DNA from: Acidimicrobiia bacterium
Lineage (GTDB): Bacteria; Actinomycetota; Acidimicrobiia; Spongiisociales; ZC4RG35
DNA length: 56,771 nucleotides
Direction: 5' to 3'
Assembly: GCA_012270885.1 (NCBI GenBank)
Contig: JAAXHN010000043.1
Span: 1-56,771, forward strand
The notes under the pieces are model-generated. The model worked only from the letters and a program-made list of their open reading frames with translations, had not been told where the DNA came from and made no database searches. The translations under genes and the position numbers were made by a program. Shown one piece after another: positions 10,155 to 20,218 of this stretch. Position 1 is the stretch's first letter, and each line of letters starts with the position of its first letter.

Positions 10155-11197
10155 CAGAAGCTCCCCTCCAGCGCGGTTCGGGGATCAGCAAACGGAGACT
10201 CGGCGGCGAATCTCGCGGCATCATCGATCTCTTTGTCAACAGCGGCCTCGATACCGGCGAGGGCGGCCAGTTCCAACCGGCCGGATACGGCCTGGCGGAA
10301 CCGGTGGAGAGGATCGTTCCGGCGGGCCTCCTCCACCTCCCGGCGATCCCGGTAGAGGTGCTCGGCGTCACCCAGATTATGACCCCGCCATCGGTAGCAC
10401 TTGGCCTCGATCAGGGTGGGACCATCCCCGGCCCGCGCCCGCTCCACCGCGGTCTCGGCCGCCGCATACACCGAGAAAACATCGATCCCGTCCACCACCA
10501 CACCCGGTATTCCGTATCCTTCCGCCCGCGACGCGATATCGGGGTTCAACTGCATCTCATCCGCCCGGAAAGAGTGAGCGTATCCGTTGTTCTCCACCAC
10601 GAAAACCGCCGGCAGGCGCCAGATAGCCGCCAGGTTGAGCGTCTCGTGAAAGACCCCCTGCCCAACCGCCCCGTCCCCCAGGAAGGCCACCGCGACGAGG
10701 GGGTCCCCCCTCAGATCGAAACTCAGGGCCGCTCCCGTGGCCAGCAGGCCGCTTCCCCCGATGATGGGACTCTGACCGATGAACCCGTGCTCGGTGCTGA
10801 CGATGTGCATCGATCCGCCCTTTCCCCCGCAGTACCCCGTGGCCCTACCCCACAGTTCGGCGCAGATCGGTCCGAGTTCGGCACCCTTGGCTATCGCATG
10901 CCCGTGGCCGCGGTGAGTCGAGGTGACCACGTCACTGGTCCTGAGAGCGGCGCACACCCCCGCCGGGATCGCCTCCTGCCCCATCGAGGAGTGGAAAGGT
11001 CCGTACAGGTCTCCGGCCAGGTGGGCGCGTTCCATCGTTACCTCGAACCGCCGGATGGTGTACATGGTCTTGAAGATCTCGAGAAGCCGGGCGTCGCTCA
11101 AGCCGTGAAACTTGGTGCCCCTAGCAGGGGTGCTGCCACCCCGGTCGGCTACGGGAGGGGAAGTAACCGAGGAGATGAGGCCGGCGCCCTCGGTCAT
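10154..11197 (-). CDS. TPP-dependent dehydrogenase E1 alpha subunit (acetoin/pyruvate type)
   Basis: GQEA, STHRGHGH, GKGGSMH, TPP motif GDGA...VENN, YRWRGH. Confidence 0.95.
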   Translation of the reverse strand: MTEGAGLISSVTSPPVADRGGSTPARGTKFHGLSDARLLEIFKTMYTIRRFEVTMERAHLAGDLYGPFHSSMGQEAIPAGVCAALRTSDVVTSTHRGHGHAIAKGAELGPICAELWGRATGYCGGKGGSMHIVSTEHGFIGQSPIIGGSGLLATGAALSFDLRGDPLVAVAFLGDGAVGQGVFHETLNLAAIWRLPAVFVVENNGYAHSFRADEMQLNPDIASRAEGYGIPGVVVDGIDVFSVYAAAETAVERARAGDGPTLIEAKCYRWRGHNLGDAEHLYRDRREVEEARRNDPLHRFRQAVSGRLELAALAGIEAAVDKEIDDAARFAAESPFADPRTALEGSF

Positions 11198-12426
11198 GTT
11201 CCCGCCCCTGTACCCAACCCCCCGTCATGATCCCCACCCGTGCGCACGACACCCCGGTCGACCAGTTCCTCGATCGCTTCGGGCGAATAGTCAATCTTTT
11301 TCATCAGCACCTCGGCGGTGTGCTCCCCCAGCATGGGGGCGGATTGGTTCGGATGGCGCCAGCGGCTGAGCTTCACTGGGCTGGTCAGATAGGAAAGATC
11401 ACCCAGGACGGGGTGCCGGTACTGCCGGACCATGTCCCTCGCCAGGACCTGTGGGTCCGTGAATACCTCGGCGATGTCATTGACCGGAGCCACCGGGAGA
11501 TCGTATTCCTCCGTCATCCCCATCCATTCGGCCTTGGTCCGGCGAGCAAACTCGCCCGTCAGGATCTCCTCGACGAATGAACGGTTTTCCAAGCGGGCGG
11601 CGTTGTCCCTGGTGCGGGGATCGTCCTTGAGGTCGGGACGCCCTATGGCGTCACACAGGTTTCTCCAGAACTTGTCACCGCGGGCGGCCACCACCACGAA
11701 GCCATCCTTCGCCGCCAGGGCCTGCCAGGGCACGATGTGTGCATGGGCGGTCCCCCGCCGCTCGATCACCGCCCCGGTGTTCAGGTGGTCGAAGGCGTCA
11801 TAGGACAGCATCGAGACCAACGCATCGAGCATCGAGATGTCGGCGTGCTGGCCTTCTCCATGAAGCTCTCGGCCCACCAGGGCGCCCAGCACCGCCAGAG
11901 CGGTGAAGATCCCGCCGCAAATGTCGGCGATGGGAATCCCCACCCGCGCCGGGGGACCGTCGCCCGGGCCGGTCATGTCCAGCAGGCCACTGTAAGCCTG
12001 CACCACCAGATCGAAGGCCGGACGATCGCGGGCCGGCCCGGTGGCGCCGAAGCCGGTGATCGAGACGGTGATGATCCGGGGGTTGTGTCGGGAAAGACTC
12101 TCGGGATCGATCCGCAGCCGCTCCATGACCCCGGGACGGAAGTTGTCGATCACCACGTCCGAGCTGGTCACAAGGTCATAGAAGATCTCTCGCCCCGCCT
12201 CGCTTTTGAGGTCAAGCACCATACTCTTCTTCCCTCTGTTCATCTGCAGGTGAATGGCGCTCTCGGATCCCACCGGGGTGATTCTCGGGTTCCGGGCCGC
12301 ATCGCCCCAGGGAGGCTCGATCTTGATCACCTCGGCACCCAGGTCGGCGAGAATCATCCCCCCGTAGGTGCCGGCGATCACCTGACCCAACTCCAGGACC
12401 GTCACCCCCGAGAGCATGCCCTTCAT
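11194..12426 (-). CDS. Family III CoA-transferase (CaiB/BaiF)
   Basis: LADLGAEVIKIEPP.GD, NRGKKS, NFRPG, AFDLVVQA (catalytic Asp), APMLGEHT. Confidence 0.95.
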   Translation of the reverse strand: MKGMLSGVTVLELGQVIAGTYGGMILADLGAEVIKIEPPWGDAARNPRITPVGSESAIHLQMNRGKKSMVLDLKSEAGREIFYDLVTSSDVVIDNFRPGVMERLRIDPESLSRHNPRIITVSITGFGATGPARDRPAFDLVVQAYSGLLDMTGPGDGPPARVGIPIADICGGIFTALAVLGALVGRELHGEGQHADISMLDALVSMLSYDAFDHLNTGAVIERRGTAHAHIVPWQALAAKDGFVVVAARGDKFWRNLCDAIGRPDLKDDPRTRDNAARLENRSFVEEILTGEFARRTKAEWMGMTEEYDLPVAPVNDIAEVFTDPQVLARDMVRQYRHPVLGDLSYLTSPVKLSRWRHPNQSAPMLGEHTAEVLMKKIDYSPEAIEELVDRGVVRTGGDHDGGLGTGAGT

Positions 12427-12471
12427 TCCGGCCCCAGCCTTCCCGGTCGCAACTCCGTACGGATCAAGCGG

Positions 12472-13827
12472 TCAGTCCTCCTTGATGGTCTCCATCACCC
12501 TCTGGCAGACTTCCAGCACCTGATCGATCTCGGCCTGGCTCTGGGCCGCGTTGGTGAAGCCCAGGTGATAGGGGGTGATGTATATCCCGTGAGCCACCAG
12601 ACCCAGATAGAAGGTCCCTGCCATCTCCCGGTCGCTGGCCAGCACATCGCGGATGGTGCGCACCGGTTCGTCAGCGAAGTACACCCCGAAGATGGGGCCC
12701 TGTCCGGTGGCCTGGACCGGCAGTCCCAGGTTGGCGCCGATCTTTTCTATACCCTTTCGCACCTGCTCGCCGGTCTCCTCGAGGTTCTCGTAAACGCCGG
12801 GTTTCTCCAACTCCGAAAGCATCGCAATCCCGGCCGCCAACGACGCCAGGTTGGTCTGGAAGGTCCCCGACTGGAAGATGGTGACCCGCCTGTCGTCGGC
12901 ATCCCGGGGGGGAGTGACGACGTGGTCCATGACGTCGCGCCGGCCTCCGAAGGCGCCCATCGGAAGTCCTCCTCCGATGGTCTTGGCCAGCGCCACCAGG
13001 TCCGGGGTGACTCCCGTGACCGCCGTGCTCCCGCCCAGGGCAACCCTGAACCCCGTGATCACCTCGTCGAAGATCAGGAGGATACCGTGGTGAGCGGTGA
13101 CCTCCCGCAACGCCTCCAGGAACCTCTCGTCGGCCACGATCCCCGCCATCCAGGTCCCCCCCACCGCTTCCACCACCACCCCGGCCAACTCCGAAGCGTG
13201 TTCCTCGATCAGGGCCACCGTGGCGTCAGTGTTGTTGTACGGCAGGACCACGGTGTCGTCCAGGACGCTCTGGGGTATCCCGGCTCCCTCGGGAAGGGAG
13301 ACCGGACGCTCCTCAGGCCCGGCGAAGGAGGTTCCGCTCACCAGCAGGTTGTCGTAGCCGCCGTGGAAATTGCCTTCGAATTTGCCGATCTTCTGTCTGC
13401 CAGTGAAAGCGCGGGCCACCCGCATCGACATGTGCACCGCCTCCGAACCGGTGTGCACGAAGCGAATCATCTCCATGTGCGGCATGTGCTTTCGGATCTT
13501 CTCTGCCAGGACCAGGTTGTTGGGAGAGGGCGCGATGGTGCTGGTGCCGGAGGAGAGTTGCTTCGCCACCGCATCCATCACTGCGGGCGGCGAGTGTCCC
13601 AGGATGTGGGGGCCACCCCCAATCAACGAGTCGATGTATCGGTTGCCGTCCACATCCCAGAGAAAGGGCCCGCGCGCCGCTTCCACATACAGGGGATACG
13701 GGGGGCGGAACCCGGCGTTGCCGGGGACGCCGCCCGGCAGGTGCCGTCTGGCTTCCTCGTAGAGCCGCAGGGATCCGGGTGTGCGTTGCGTGTACAGGTC
13801 TACAAACTTTGATCGGGCGTCTGTCAT
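12472..13827 (-). CDS. Class III PLP aminotransferase (GSA-like), copy 2
   Basis: WDVDGNRYID, TGSEA, FEGNFHG, FDEVITG, AKTIGGG, QSGTF. Confidence 0.93.
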   Translation of the reverse strand: MTDARSKFVDLYTQRTPGSLRLYEEARRHLPGGVPGNAGFRPPYPLYVEAARGPFLWDVDGNRYIDSLIGGGPHILGHSPPAVMDAVAKQLSSGTSTIAPSPNNLVLAEKIRKHMPHMEMIRFVHTGSEAVHMSMRVARAFTGRQKIGKFEGNFHGGYDNLLVSGTSFAGPEERPVSLPEGAGIPQSVLDDTVVLPYNNTDATVALIEEHASELAGVVVEAVGGTWMAGIVADERFLEALREVTAHHGILLIFDEVITGFRVALGGSTAVTGVTPDLVALAKTIGGGLPMGAFGGRRDVMDHVVTPPRDADDRRVTIFQSGTFQTNLASLAAGIAMLSELEKPGVYENLEETGEQVRKGIEKIGANLGLPVQATGQGPIFGVYFADEPVRTIRDVLASDREMAGTFYLGLVAHGIYITPYHLGFTNAAQSQAEIDQVLEVCQRVMETIKED

Positions 13828-15671
13828 GGCAGTTTCTCTCCTGTGTTCGATCGGGCGGCGCGCATCTCGGCGCGCAAGTCTTGGGTTGCTTCAACGTCTA
13901 TCCGGTAATCGAGAAGATCGGCGTCTTGTACCTCGATCACCACTCCGTAATCGGAGAGCGCCGATTCGATCGAGACGTACCGGTCCAGCACATCTTCCAG
14001 CACCGCTTCGGGTTCACGGTCCAGTGGATCGCCGTACCCGCCGCCTCCCGACGACACGTGATAGAAGGTGCCGTGCCGGCCCACGAACTCGTCGGCGAAG
14101 TAGATGGGAAGGTCCTCCTCCTCGTCGGTGCCCACATTCTTGGCGACCCGGATGGGGATCCCGTCCTCCCCTCCGAACAACCCGCGGGGTCCCCCAGGGC
14201 CTTCCTCGCCCCGGTCGGCAATGTAGGACAGCCGCACACCGCCGGCGTTCTCGGCTCGGAGCACCGACTCCAGCCCTGCACCTCCTCGCCACCGTCCCGC
14301 GCCCATCGAGTCGGTGACCGGCGCCAGACGGTCGAAGGTGACCGGCCACATCCTCTCGATCACCTCGCTCGACTGGTTGAGGATGCCCAGCCCGAAGATA
14401 GCGGCCCCGCAGTCCCGTCCGTCGGCGCCGTACTTTCCTCCCCAACCGCCGGTGTGCCAGTGGTAGTAGACGAAGTAGTTGTTGTGCCGCCCGGGACGGT
14501 CGTCCACCCCGCCGGCCACCACGTACTCGAGGTTGAAGTTACCGGCGAAGGAGCGTTGGGGCGCCACCTGCGCCCACACCCGCTGGACGCAGGCGGTGGT
14601 CTTCTCGTAGGCCCCCGACACCTCCCCGCAAACCGCATAGGGCCGGACCGCGTTTACCACGCTGGTCTCGGGGAATATCGCTTTAATGATGCGCAGCCAC
14701 CCGGCATTCATCAGAGGCTTGGGAAAGATGTATTTGGTGCCGGCCACCAGCGCTCCGGTGGTCGAACCGCGGGTGCCATTCATGCCCGACTGCACGGGCG
14801 GCCCGGACTCTGTCATGTCATAGATGACCCGCGGGGGGTCGTGCTGGATAGTCATCTTGAGAGAGACCTTCACCGGACCATCCTCGGGCGCCTGGGGATC
14901 GTAGTCGATGAAGTCGTCGGTCTCCCAGGTACCCTCGGGGCACCGGAGGATCTCGGCGGCCAGTTCGCGCTCGGAATGGTCGAGCGTCCCTTCCATGGAG
15001 CCCACCACAGTCTCCAGCCCGTACTTCTCTATAAGGGTGTGGAGACGGCTCTCCCCCACCCGGGCCGCCTCGATGTGAGCGATCAGATCACCGGTCGAGT
15101 TGACCGGCAGGCGGATGTTAGCCATTATCAGGTTCTTCACGTCATGGCGGATCACACGCCGTGAAACGACCTTGAGCGGGGGGATTACCAGCCCTTCGGC
15201 ATAGATGTCGGCGGCCAGCGCGTTCATCGAGCCGGGAGTGGGGCCACCCACATCCGACCAGTGGCCCTTGGTGGCAGTGAAGGCGATCAGTTCGCCCTCC
15301 CAGAAGATCGGGCTGATGAAGGTCATGTCGGGAAGATGGGTCCCTCCCCGGTAGGGCTCGTTGAAGGCGTACACGTCCCCTTCCTCGATGCCTCCCTCCA
15401 CGTTGGCGAAGTCCTCGATCACCGACTGAGTGCTGGGTTGCAGTGCACCGACATGGACCGCCACATCCCGGGTGCCCTGGGCGACCAGTTCGCCCTGGGC
15501 GTTCATCAGTCCACCGCTGACATCCCCGCAGTAGATCACAAACGACAGGCAGGCGTCCCGCAGGGCTTCCACCATCTCGTCCACCAGGCTGACGAAGGCA
15601 CTGGAGAGAATCGAGAAAGTCACGGGATCGACTCCCTGGGCCAGGTCCGGCCCGTGGCGCTCGGTGTTCAT
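13824..15671 (-). CDS. Hydantoinase B/oxoprolinase subunit, copy 2
   Basis: VDPVTF, VAVHVG, NEPYRGGTHLPD, HWSDVGG, SSGGGGYGDP. Start set at ATG 15671 (ATGA overlap with subunit A stop), not 16112. Confidence 0.93.
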   Translation of the reverse strand: MNTERHGPDLAQGVDPVTFSILSSAFVSLVDEMVEALRDACLSFVIYCGDVSGGLMNAQGELVAQGTRDVAVHVGALQPSTQSVIEDFANVEGGIEEGDVYAFNEPYRGGTHLPDMTFISPIFWEGELIAFTATKGHWSDVGGPTPGSMNALAADIYAEGLVIPPLKVVSRRVIRHDVKNLIMANIRLPVNSTGDLIAHIEAARVGESRLHTLIEKYGLETVVGSMEGTLDHSERELAAEILRCPEGTWETDDFIDYDPQAPEDGPVKVSLKMTIQHDPPRVIYDMTESGPPVQSGMNGTRGSTTGALVAGTKYIFPKPLMNAGWLRIIKAIFPETSVVNAVRPYAVCGEVSGAYEKTTACVQRVWAQVAPQRSFAGNFNLEYVVAGGVDDRPGRHNNYFVYYHWHTGGWGGKYGADGRDCGAAIFGLGILNQSSEVIERMWPVTFDRLAPVTDSMGAGRWRGGAGLESVLRAENAGGVRLSYIADRGEEGPGGPRGLFGGEDGIPIRVAKNVGTDEEEDLPIYFADEFVGRHGTFYHVSSGGGGYGDPLDREPEAVLEDVLDRYVSIESALSDYGVVIEVQDADLLDYRIDVEATQDLRAEMRAARSNTGEKLP

Positions 15672-17728
15672 TCGGCGCCTCCTGTTCCAGTGGTGTCGAG
15701 CACCAGATTGAGGTACCGGTCCACATACAGACTCACTCCGGGTGGCGCCAGGGTCGTGGAGTCCATCTGCTCCACCACGGCCGGCCCCACCGTCCGGAAC
15801 CCCACCGGCAGGGAAGGCCGGGACCACACCGGCGTGTCGACCCACCCTCCCGCCTCTCGCCAGTAGACGGGACGCGAGGCTGGAGCGCCCGGCGCGGCGC
15901 AAGCCCGCCCGACCGCCTTTGGTCGGTACTTGTCGGAGGTCCCCGTTCCGGTGACGTTGATGCCGTGGATCTCCACTTCCCGTTCCCCCAGATCGAAGGT
16001 GAACCGCTGCAGATACAGCTTCCTGAAGAGTTCCACGCTCTCTGAAAGACTCTCGGTGGTCATCCTGCCGGTGACCGGGATGGCGAACACCCTCCACTGC
16101 CCCGCATAACACATGTCGATGGTCTTCTCCACGAACTGGTTCTCCGGCGCAATCCCCTCCCGGTCCAGGGCGGCCCGCACCCGGGCGTCGAATTCGTCGA
16201 AGCGATCGTTCATCTCGTCGATGTCAACCGCCGCCGCCTCCCCGTAGAACATGCTGGCGCCCAGGTCGTGGCGGATGTCTGCCATGAGACAACCCAGAGC
16301 CGAAGTGAGTCCTGGCCTGGGAGGCACCAGCACGGTGGGTATCCGCAACTCGGCCGCCACCCGCACCCCGTGGAACGGCCCTGCTCCGCCGAACGCCACC
16401 AGGGCGAAGTCGCGGGGGTCCAACCCGCGCCTCATGGTGGCCAGCCGGATGGCATTGGCCATGTTCGCCTCAGCCACCGCGATCACCGCCGCCGCCGCGG
16501 AGACCGAGTCGCTGCCCAGCCTGCGGCCGATCCCGTCATGGATCACCTTGTGGGCAAGCTCCGGCGAGATCTCCATCGCCCCGCCCAACATGGCACCCGG
16601 CCTCAGGTTCCCCATCACCACGTGGGCATCGGTGTTGGTGGGCTGGTCCCCTCCCTTCCCGTAACAGGCCGGTCCGGGTACGGCACCCATGCTGTGGGGA
16701 CCCGATCGGAGCTTTCCTCCCGGATCGAACCACGCCACCGAACCTCCACCCGCCCCCACGGTGATTATGTCCACCGCCGGGAACATGATCGGATGGCCCC
16801 ACTCCACCTCCCAGGTCTCGGTGGTTCTCAACTGTCCGTCCAGCGTCACCGAAACATCGGTGCTGGTTCCGCCGATGTCGAGGCCGATGATGTTCTCGAA
16901 GCCGGCCAATGCCCCTATCTCCCGGGCCGCGATCGCACCTGCCGATGGGCCCGAATTGGCGGTCCGGACCGGGATGTTTGAGGTGGCCTGCACCCCCATC
17001 AGGCCTCCTGCCGACTGCACGATCAGCACGTCACCGGGGTAGTCCCGGCTCCGCAGACCCTGCTCCAGAGCCTGCAGGTAATCGATCATCACCGGGATCA
17101 GGGCCACGTTGAGGATGGTGGTGGTGAAACGCTCGTATTCGAGAATGCGTGGGATGGTCTCATGGGAGGTGCGGACCAGCGCCTCCGGAAACTCCTCCAG
17201 GATGATCTCCTTCATTCTCCGTTCGTTGCGGCCATTGGTGTAGGAGTGCAGGAAACACACCGCGATGGTCCGGATGCCCCGTCCCCGCAGGATGCGGGCA
17301 ACCGCGCGGGCCTCCTCCTCGTCGAGAGGAGTACGCACCTCGCCGGAACTGAGGGTCCGCTCGGTGACTTCCAGGCGGTCCCGGGGCCTCACGATCGAGG
17401 AACGGGGAGACTCGTGGTAGATGTCCCAGATGTCCTCCTTGGAGCCTCGCGCGGCCTGGGTCAGCACGGCGGTGACGCCCCTCGTGGTCACCATTGCCAC
17501 CCTCGGGAGCCGTCTTTCTATCAAAGCGTTGGTGCCCAGGGTGGTTCCATGGGCGAAGGAGCGGAACCTCTCCCCGGTTAACCCTGCTTCGTCCATGGCA
17601 TTGAAGACTCCGGCGAACCCATCGGGAGTGGTGGGGGTCTTGACAACCTGCACCTCGCTGTCGGGGTCAGCCATCACCCAGTCGGTGAAAGTTCCGCCGA
17701 TGTCGACCCCGATCCTGAACTCGGCCAT
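15668..17728 (-). CDS. Hydantoinase A/oxoprolinase ATP-binding subunit, copy 2
   Basis: DIGGTFTD, HGTT..TNA, SGPSAG, DIGGTSTD, GAGGGS, PGPACYG, FGGAGPFH. Confidence 0.95.
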   Translation of the reverse strand: MAEFRIGVDIGGTFTDWVMADPDSEVQVVKTPTTPDGFAGVFNAMDEAGLTGERFRSFAHGTTLGTNALIERRLPRVAMVTTRGVTAVLTQAARGSKEDIWDIYHESPRSSIVRPRDRLEVTERTLSSGEVRTPLDEEEARAVARILRGRGIRTIAVCFLHSYTNGRNERRMKEIILEEFPEALVRTSHETIPRILEYERFTTTILNVALIPVMIDYLQALEQGLRSRDYPGDVLIVQSAGGLMGVQATSNIPVRTANSGPSAGAIAAREIGALAGFENIIGLDIGGTSTDVSVTLDGQLRTTETWEVEWGHPIMFPAVDIITVGAGGGSVAWFDPGGKLRSGPHSMGAVPGPACYGKGGDQPTNTDAHVVMGNLRPGAMLGGAMEISPELAHKVIHDGIGRRLGSDSVSAAAAVIAVAEANMANAIRLATMRRGLDPRDFALVAFGGAGPFHGVRVAAELRIPTVLVPPRPGLTSALGCLMADIRHDLGASMFYGEAAAVDIDEMNDRFDEFDARVRAALDREGIAPENQFVEKTIDMCYAGQWRVFAIPVTGRMTTESLSESVELFRKLYLQRFTFDLGEREVEIHGINVTGTGTSDKYRPKAVGRACAAPGAPASRPVYWREAGGWVDTPVWSRPSLPVGFRTVGPAVVEQMDSTTLAPPGVSLYVDRYLNLVLDTTGTGGAE

Positions 17729-18432
17729 CAGATCCCCAGGTAGGCTCGCCGCACGAGATCGCTCTCGAGCACATCTCGGGTTTCTCCGCTCTCGACCACC
17801 AGACCCGACTCCATCACATAGGCTTTCCGGGCGATCTCCAACGCCAGGAAGGCGTTCTGCTCCACCAGCAACACCGTCAACCCGTGGCGGTTGAGATCGA
17901 GAATGATCTCGGCCAGATGATCCACGATGATGGGGGCCAGGCCCGCCGACGGCTCGTCCAGAAGCAAGAGCCGGGGCTCGGCCATCAGGGCCCTGGCGAT
18001 GGCAAGCATCTGCTGCTCCCCGCCGCTCAGGGTTCCGGCGCGCTGGCGGGCCCGTTCGGAGAGACGCGGGAAGAACTCGAAGGCCCGCTCCAGCCGGCGA
18101 CGGTACTCGTCCTCCTCCTTCACCATGTGGGCGCCCATCTCCAGGTTCTCCAGAACCGTCATAGCGGGGAAGAGCTCCTTGCCCTGCGGCACGTGGCCCA
18201 GGCCCATGCCGACTATCTCGTGAGGTCTGAGGCTGTCGATTCTCTCACCCTCGAAGGAGATCTCGCCGCTCTGGGGTCTGAGCACTCCCGAGACGGTGAG
18301 CAGCAGGGTGGTCTTTCCCGCGCCGTTGGCTCCGATCACCGTCACCAGTTCACCCTCCGGCACGCTGATCGAGACATCGAAGAGCACCTGCACCCGCCCG
18401 TAGGCCACGTTGAGAGTGTTGATCTCAAGCAC
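17728..18432 (-). CDS. livF: HAAT-family ABC transporter ATPase
   Basis: GANGAGKT, LSGGEQQM, LLDEPSAGLAP, VEQN. Confidence 0.93.
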   Translation of the reverse strand: MLEINTLNVAYGRVQVLFDVSISVPEGELVTVIGANGAGKTTLLLTVSGVLRPQSGEISFEGERIDSLRPHEIVGMGLGHVPQGKELFPAMTVLENLEMGAHMVKEEDEYRRRLERAFEFFPRLSERARQRAGTLSGGEQQMLAIARALMAEPRLLLLDEPSAGLAPIIVDHLAEIILDLNRHGLTVLLVEQNAFLALEIARKAYVMESGLVVESGETRDVLESDLVRRAYLGI

Positions 18433-19192
18433 CGCGGCGTTTCCCCAGGTAGGCGGTGATCACATCGGGGTCACCCACTATCTCCTCCGGCGTCCCCTCG
18501 GCGATCTTGGCGCCGAAGTTGAGCACGGTGATCCGTGTGCAGATGTTGGTTATCAGGCGCATGTTGTGCTCCACCAGGAGGACCGTGACCCCCTGGCTGC
18601 GCAGCGTCCTGATCAGGTTCATCAAATAGGCCGCCTCCTCGGGGTTGAGGCCGGTGGCCGGTTCGTCCAGAAGCAGCATCCTGGGCTTGGCAGCCAGGGC
18701 GATGGCTATTTCCAGGTACCGGTGCTCTCCCGCCGAGAGGTCCCGGGCCACCGCTTCGATCCGCTCTTCGAGGCCCACAAAGGCCAGCAACTCCCGCACC
18801 CGGTCCTCGATCTCCGCGCTCTGCTTCCGAAATCTTTTGGATCTGGTCAGCGCCCCCACCAACGATGTGGGGTTGTTGAGATGGCTTCCGTGGAGTACGT
18901 TGTCCCGGACAGTTAGATTCTCGAACAGGGTGGTGATCTGGAAGGTGCGCACCAATCCCAGACGCGCCAGGTCGTGAGGTTGCTCGCCTGTCACCTCGGA
19001 ACCCCGGTACCTCACCATCCCCCGGGTTGGCTTGATGTAACCGGTTATCAGGTTCAGGGCGGTGGTCTTACCGGAACCGTTCGGTCCGATCAAACCCCGG
19101 ATCTCCCCCTCTTCGACAGACAGGTCCAACTCATCCACCGCCGACAGACCGCCGAACATCCTGGTCAGCCCGCTGGTCTCAAGTATCGGCAT
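18425..19192 (-). CDS. livG: HAAT-family ABC transporter ATPase
   Basis: GPNGSGKT, RTFQ, LLDEPATG, VEHNM, VITAYLG. Confidence 0.93.
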   Translation of the reverse strand: MPILETSGLTRMFGGLSAVDELDLSVEEGEIRGLIGPNGSGKTTALNLITGYIKPTRGMVRYRGSEVTGEQPHDLARLGLVRTFQITTLFENLTVRDNVLHGSHLNNPTSLVGALTRSKRFRKQSAEIEDRVRELLAFVGLEERIEAVARDLSAGEHRYLEIAIALAAKPRMLLLDEPATGLNPEEAAYLMNLIRTLRSQGVTVLLVEHNMRLITNICTRITVLNFGAKIAEGTPEEIVGDPDVITAYLGKRRGA

Positions 19193-19194
19193 CC

Positions 19195-20217
19195 CTATCT
19201 CGCCTTCTCTGCTTCCAAAGCAAGATCATCACCCGCCGGGGCGCCGTCCGTGTCTTCATCGTTGCGTCCCCTAATGCGCCCCGCAACCTTCTGCAGGGCA
19301 GGAAAGACACCAATCGGCATGAACAGCACCACCAGCAGCAACACCACACCGAATATCACGAAGCGATATTCCTGCAGAGCCCGCAGCCACTCGCTCACCA
19401 GAACGAAGATCGCCGCACCCATTACCGGCCCCCACAGAGTCCCCGTCCCTCCCACCAGGACAACTATCAAGAAGATGAACATGTAGTCGAGACCCAACAG
19501 ATTCGGGTTTACGAACCGGAAGTGGTGGGCGTACAGGGCTCCGGAGAATCCCACCAGCGCGCAGGCGAAGGAGAATGCGAGAACATAGTATTTGGTGGCC
19601 GCAACACCGATGGACTTGGCGAGGTCCTCGTTTTCGTGAATGCTGCGCACACCTCTCCCGAAGCGGGAGGTTCGCAACCTCGACAAAAGGAACACAATGC
19701 CCAGCAGCAACAGCAGAGCGAAGTAGAAGTAGGCCAACTCCGACCGTATCTCCCAGCCGAACAGACTGGGCGGGGGAACCTGGCGCAGTCCTGACGGACC
19801 GCCGGTGACCGGCCTCCACCGCAGAGCCACCGTCCAGGCCAACACTCCGAAACCCAGGGTGACGATCGCCAGTTCAAGGTTGCGGGTGCGGCGCAGAGCG
19901 ATGTATCCGATCAGGAGACCCACCAGGCCGGCTGCCGCCGGCGCAGCCAGGAACCCTATCCAGGGAGATATCCCGAGATCGAGCGCCAGCTTGGCCGAGA
20001 CATAGGCGCCGAACCCCCAGAAGGCGGCGTGCCCGAAGGAGAACTGCCCCATCTCGCCCATGATGTAATCGAGACTGAGCCCGGCGATCGCATATATCAC
20101 AATCAGGACCAACAGCCCGCGGTTGTAGGTGTTGGTGAACAGGAACAGCGGCACCATCGCAACCGCCAGGAGCAACAAACCGCCCAGCCACCATCCCGGT
20201 GGGATTCTCAACCGCAC
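19195..20217 (-). CDS. livM: HAAT-family ABC transporter permease
   Basis: GQFSFGHAAF, SRFGR..RSIHENE, VGG.GTLWGP; multiple TM helices. Confidence 0.9.
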   Translation of the reverse strand: MRLRIPPGWWLGGLLLLAVAMVPLFLFTNTYNRGLLVLIVIYAIAGLSLDYIMGEMGQFSFGHAAFWGFGAYVSAKLALDLGISPWIGFLAAPAAAGLVGLLIGYIALRRTRNLELAIVTLGFGVLAWTVALRWRPVTGGPSGLRQVPPPSLFGWEIRSELAYFYFALLLLLGIVFLLSRLRTSRFGRGVRSIHENEDLAKSIGVAATKYYVLAFSFACALVGFSGALYAHHFRFVNPNLLGLDYMFIFLIVVLVGGTGTLWGPVMGAAIFVLVSEWLRALQEYRFVIFGVVLLLVVLFMPIGVFPALQKVAGRIRGRNDEDTDGAPAGDDLALEAEKAR

Positions 20218-20218
20218 G

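Noticed and set aside
11737-15164. Very long plus-strand ORFs (691 aa and 461 aa) and many similar antisense ORFs throughout the window
   Set aside because: They shadow well-supported genes on the opposite strand and have no recognisable motifs. This is expected in GC-rich DNA.
15672-16112. N-terminal extension of HyuB copy 2, and similar extensions of the SDR (to 4137), aminotransferase (to 26286), nucS (to 46418) and M50 (from 46686)
   Set aside because: They overlap neighbouring genes and are low-complexity Arg/Gly/Pro-rich. Downstream starts with SDs or ATGA overlaps fit better.
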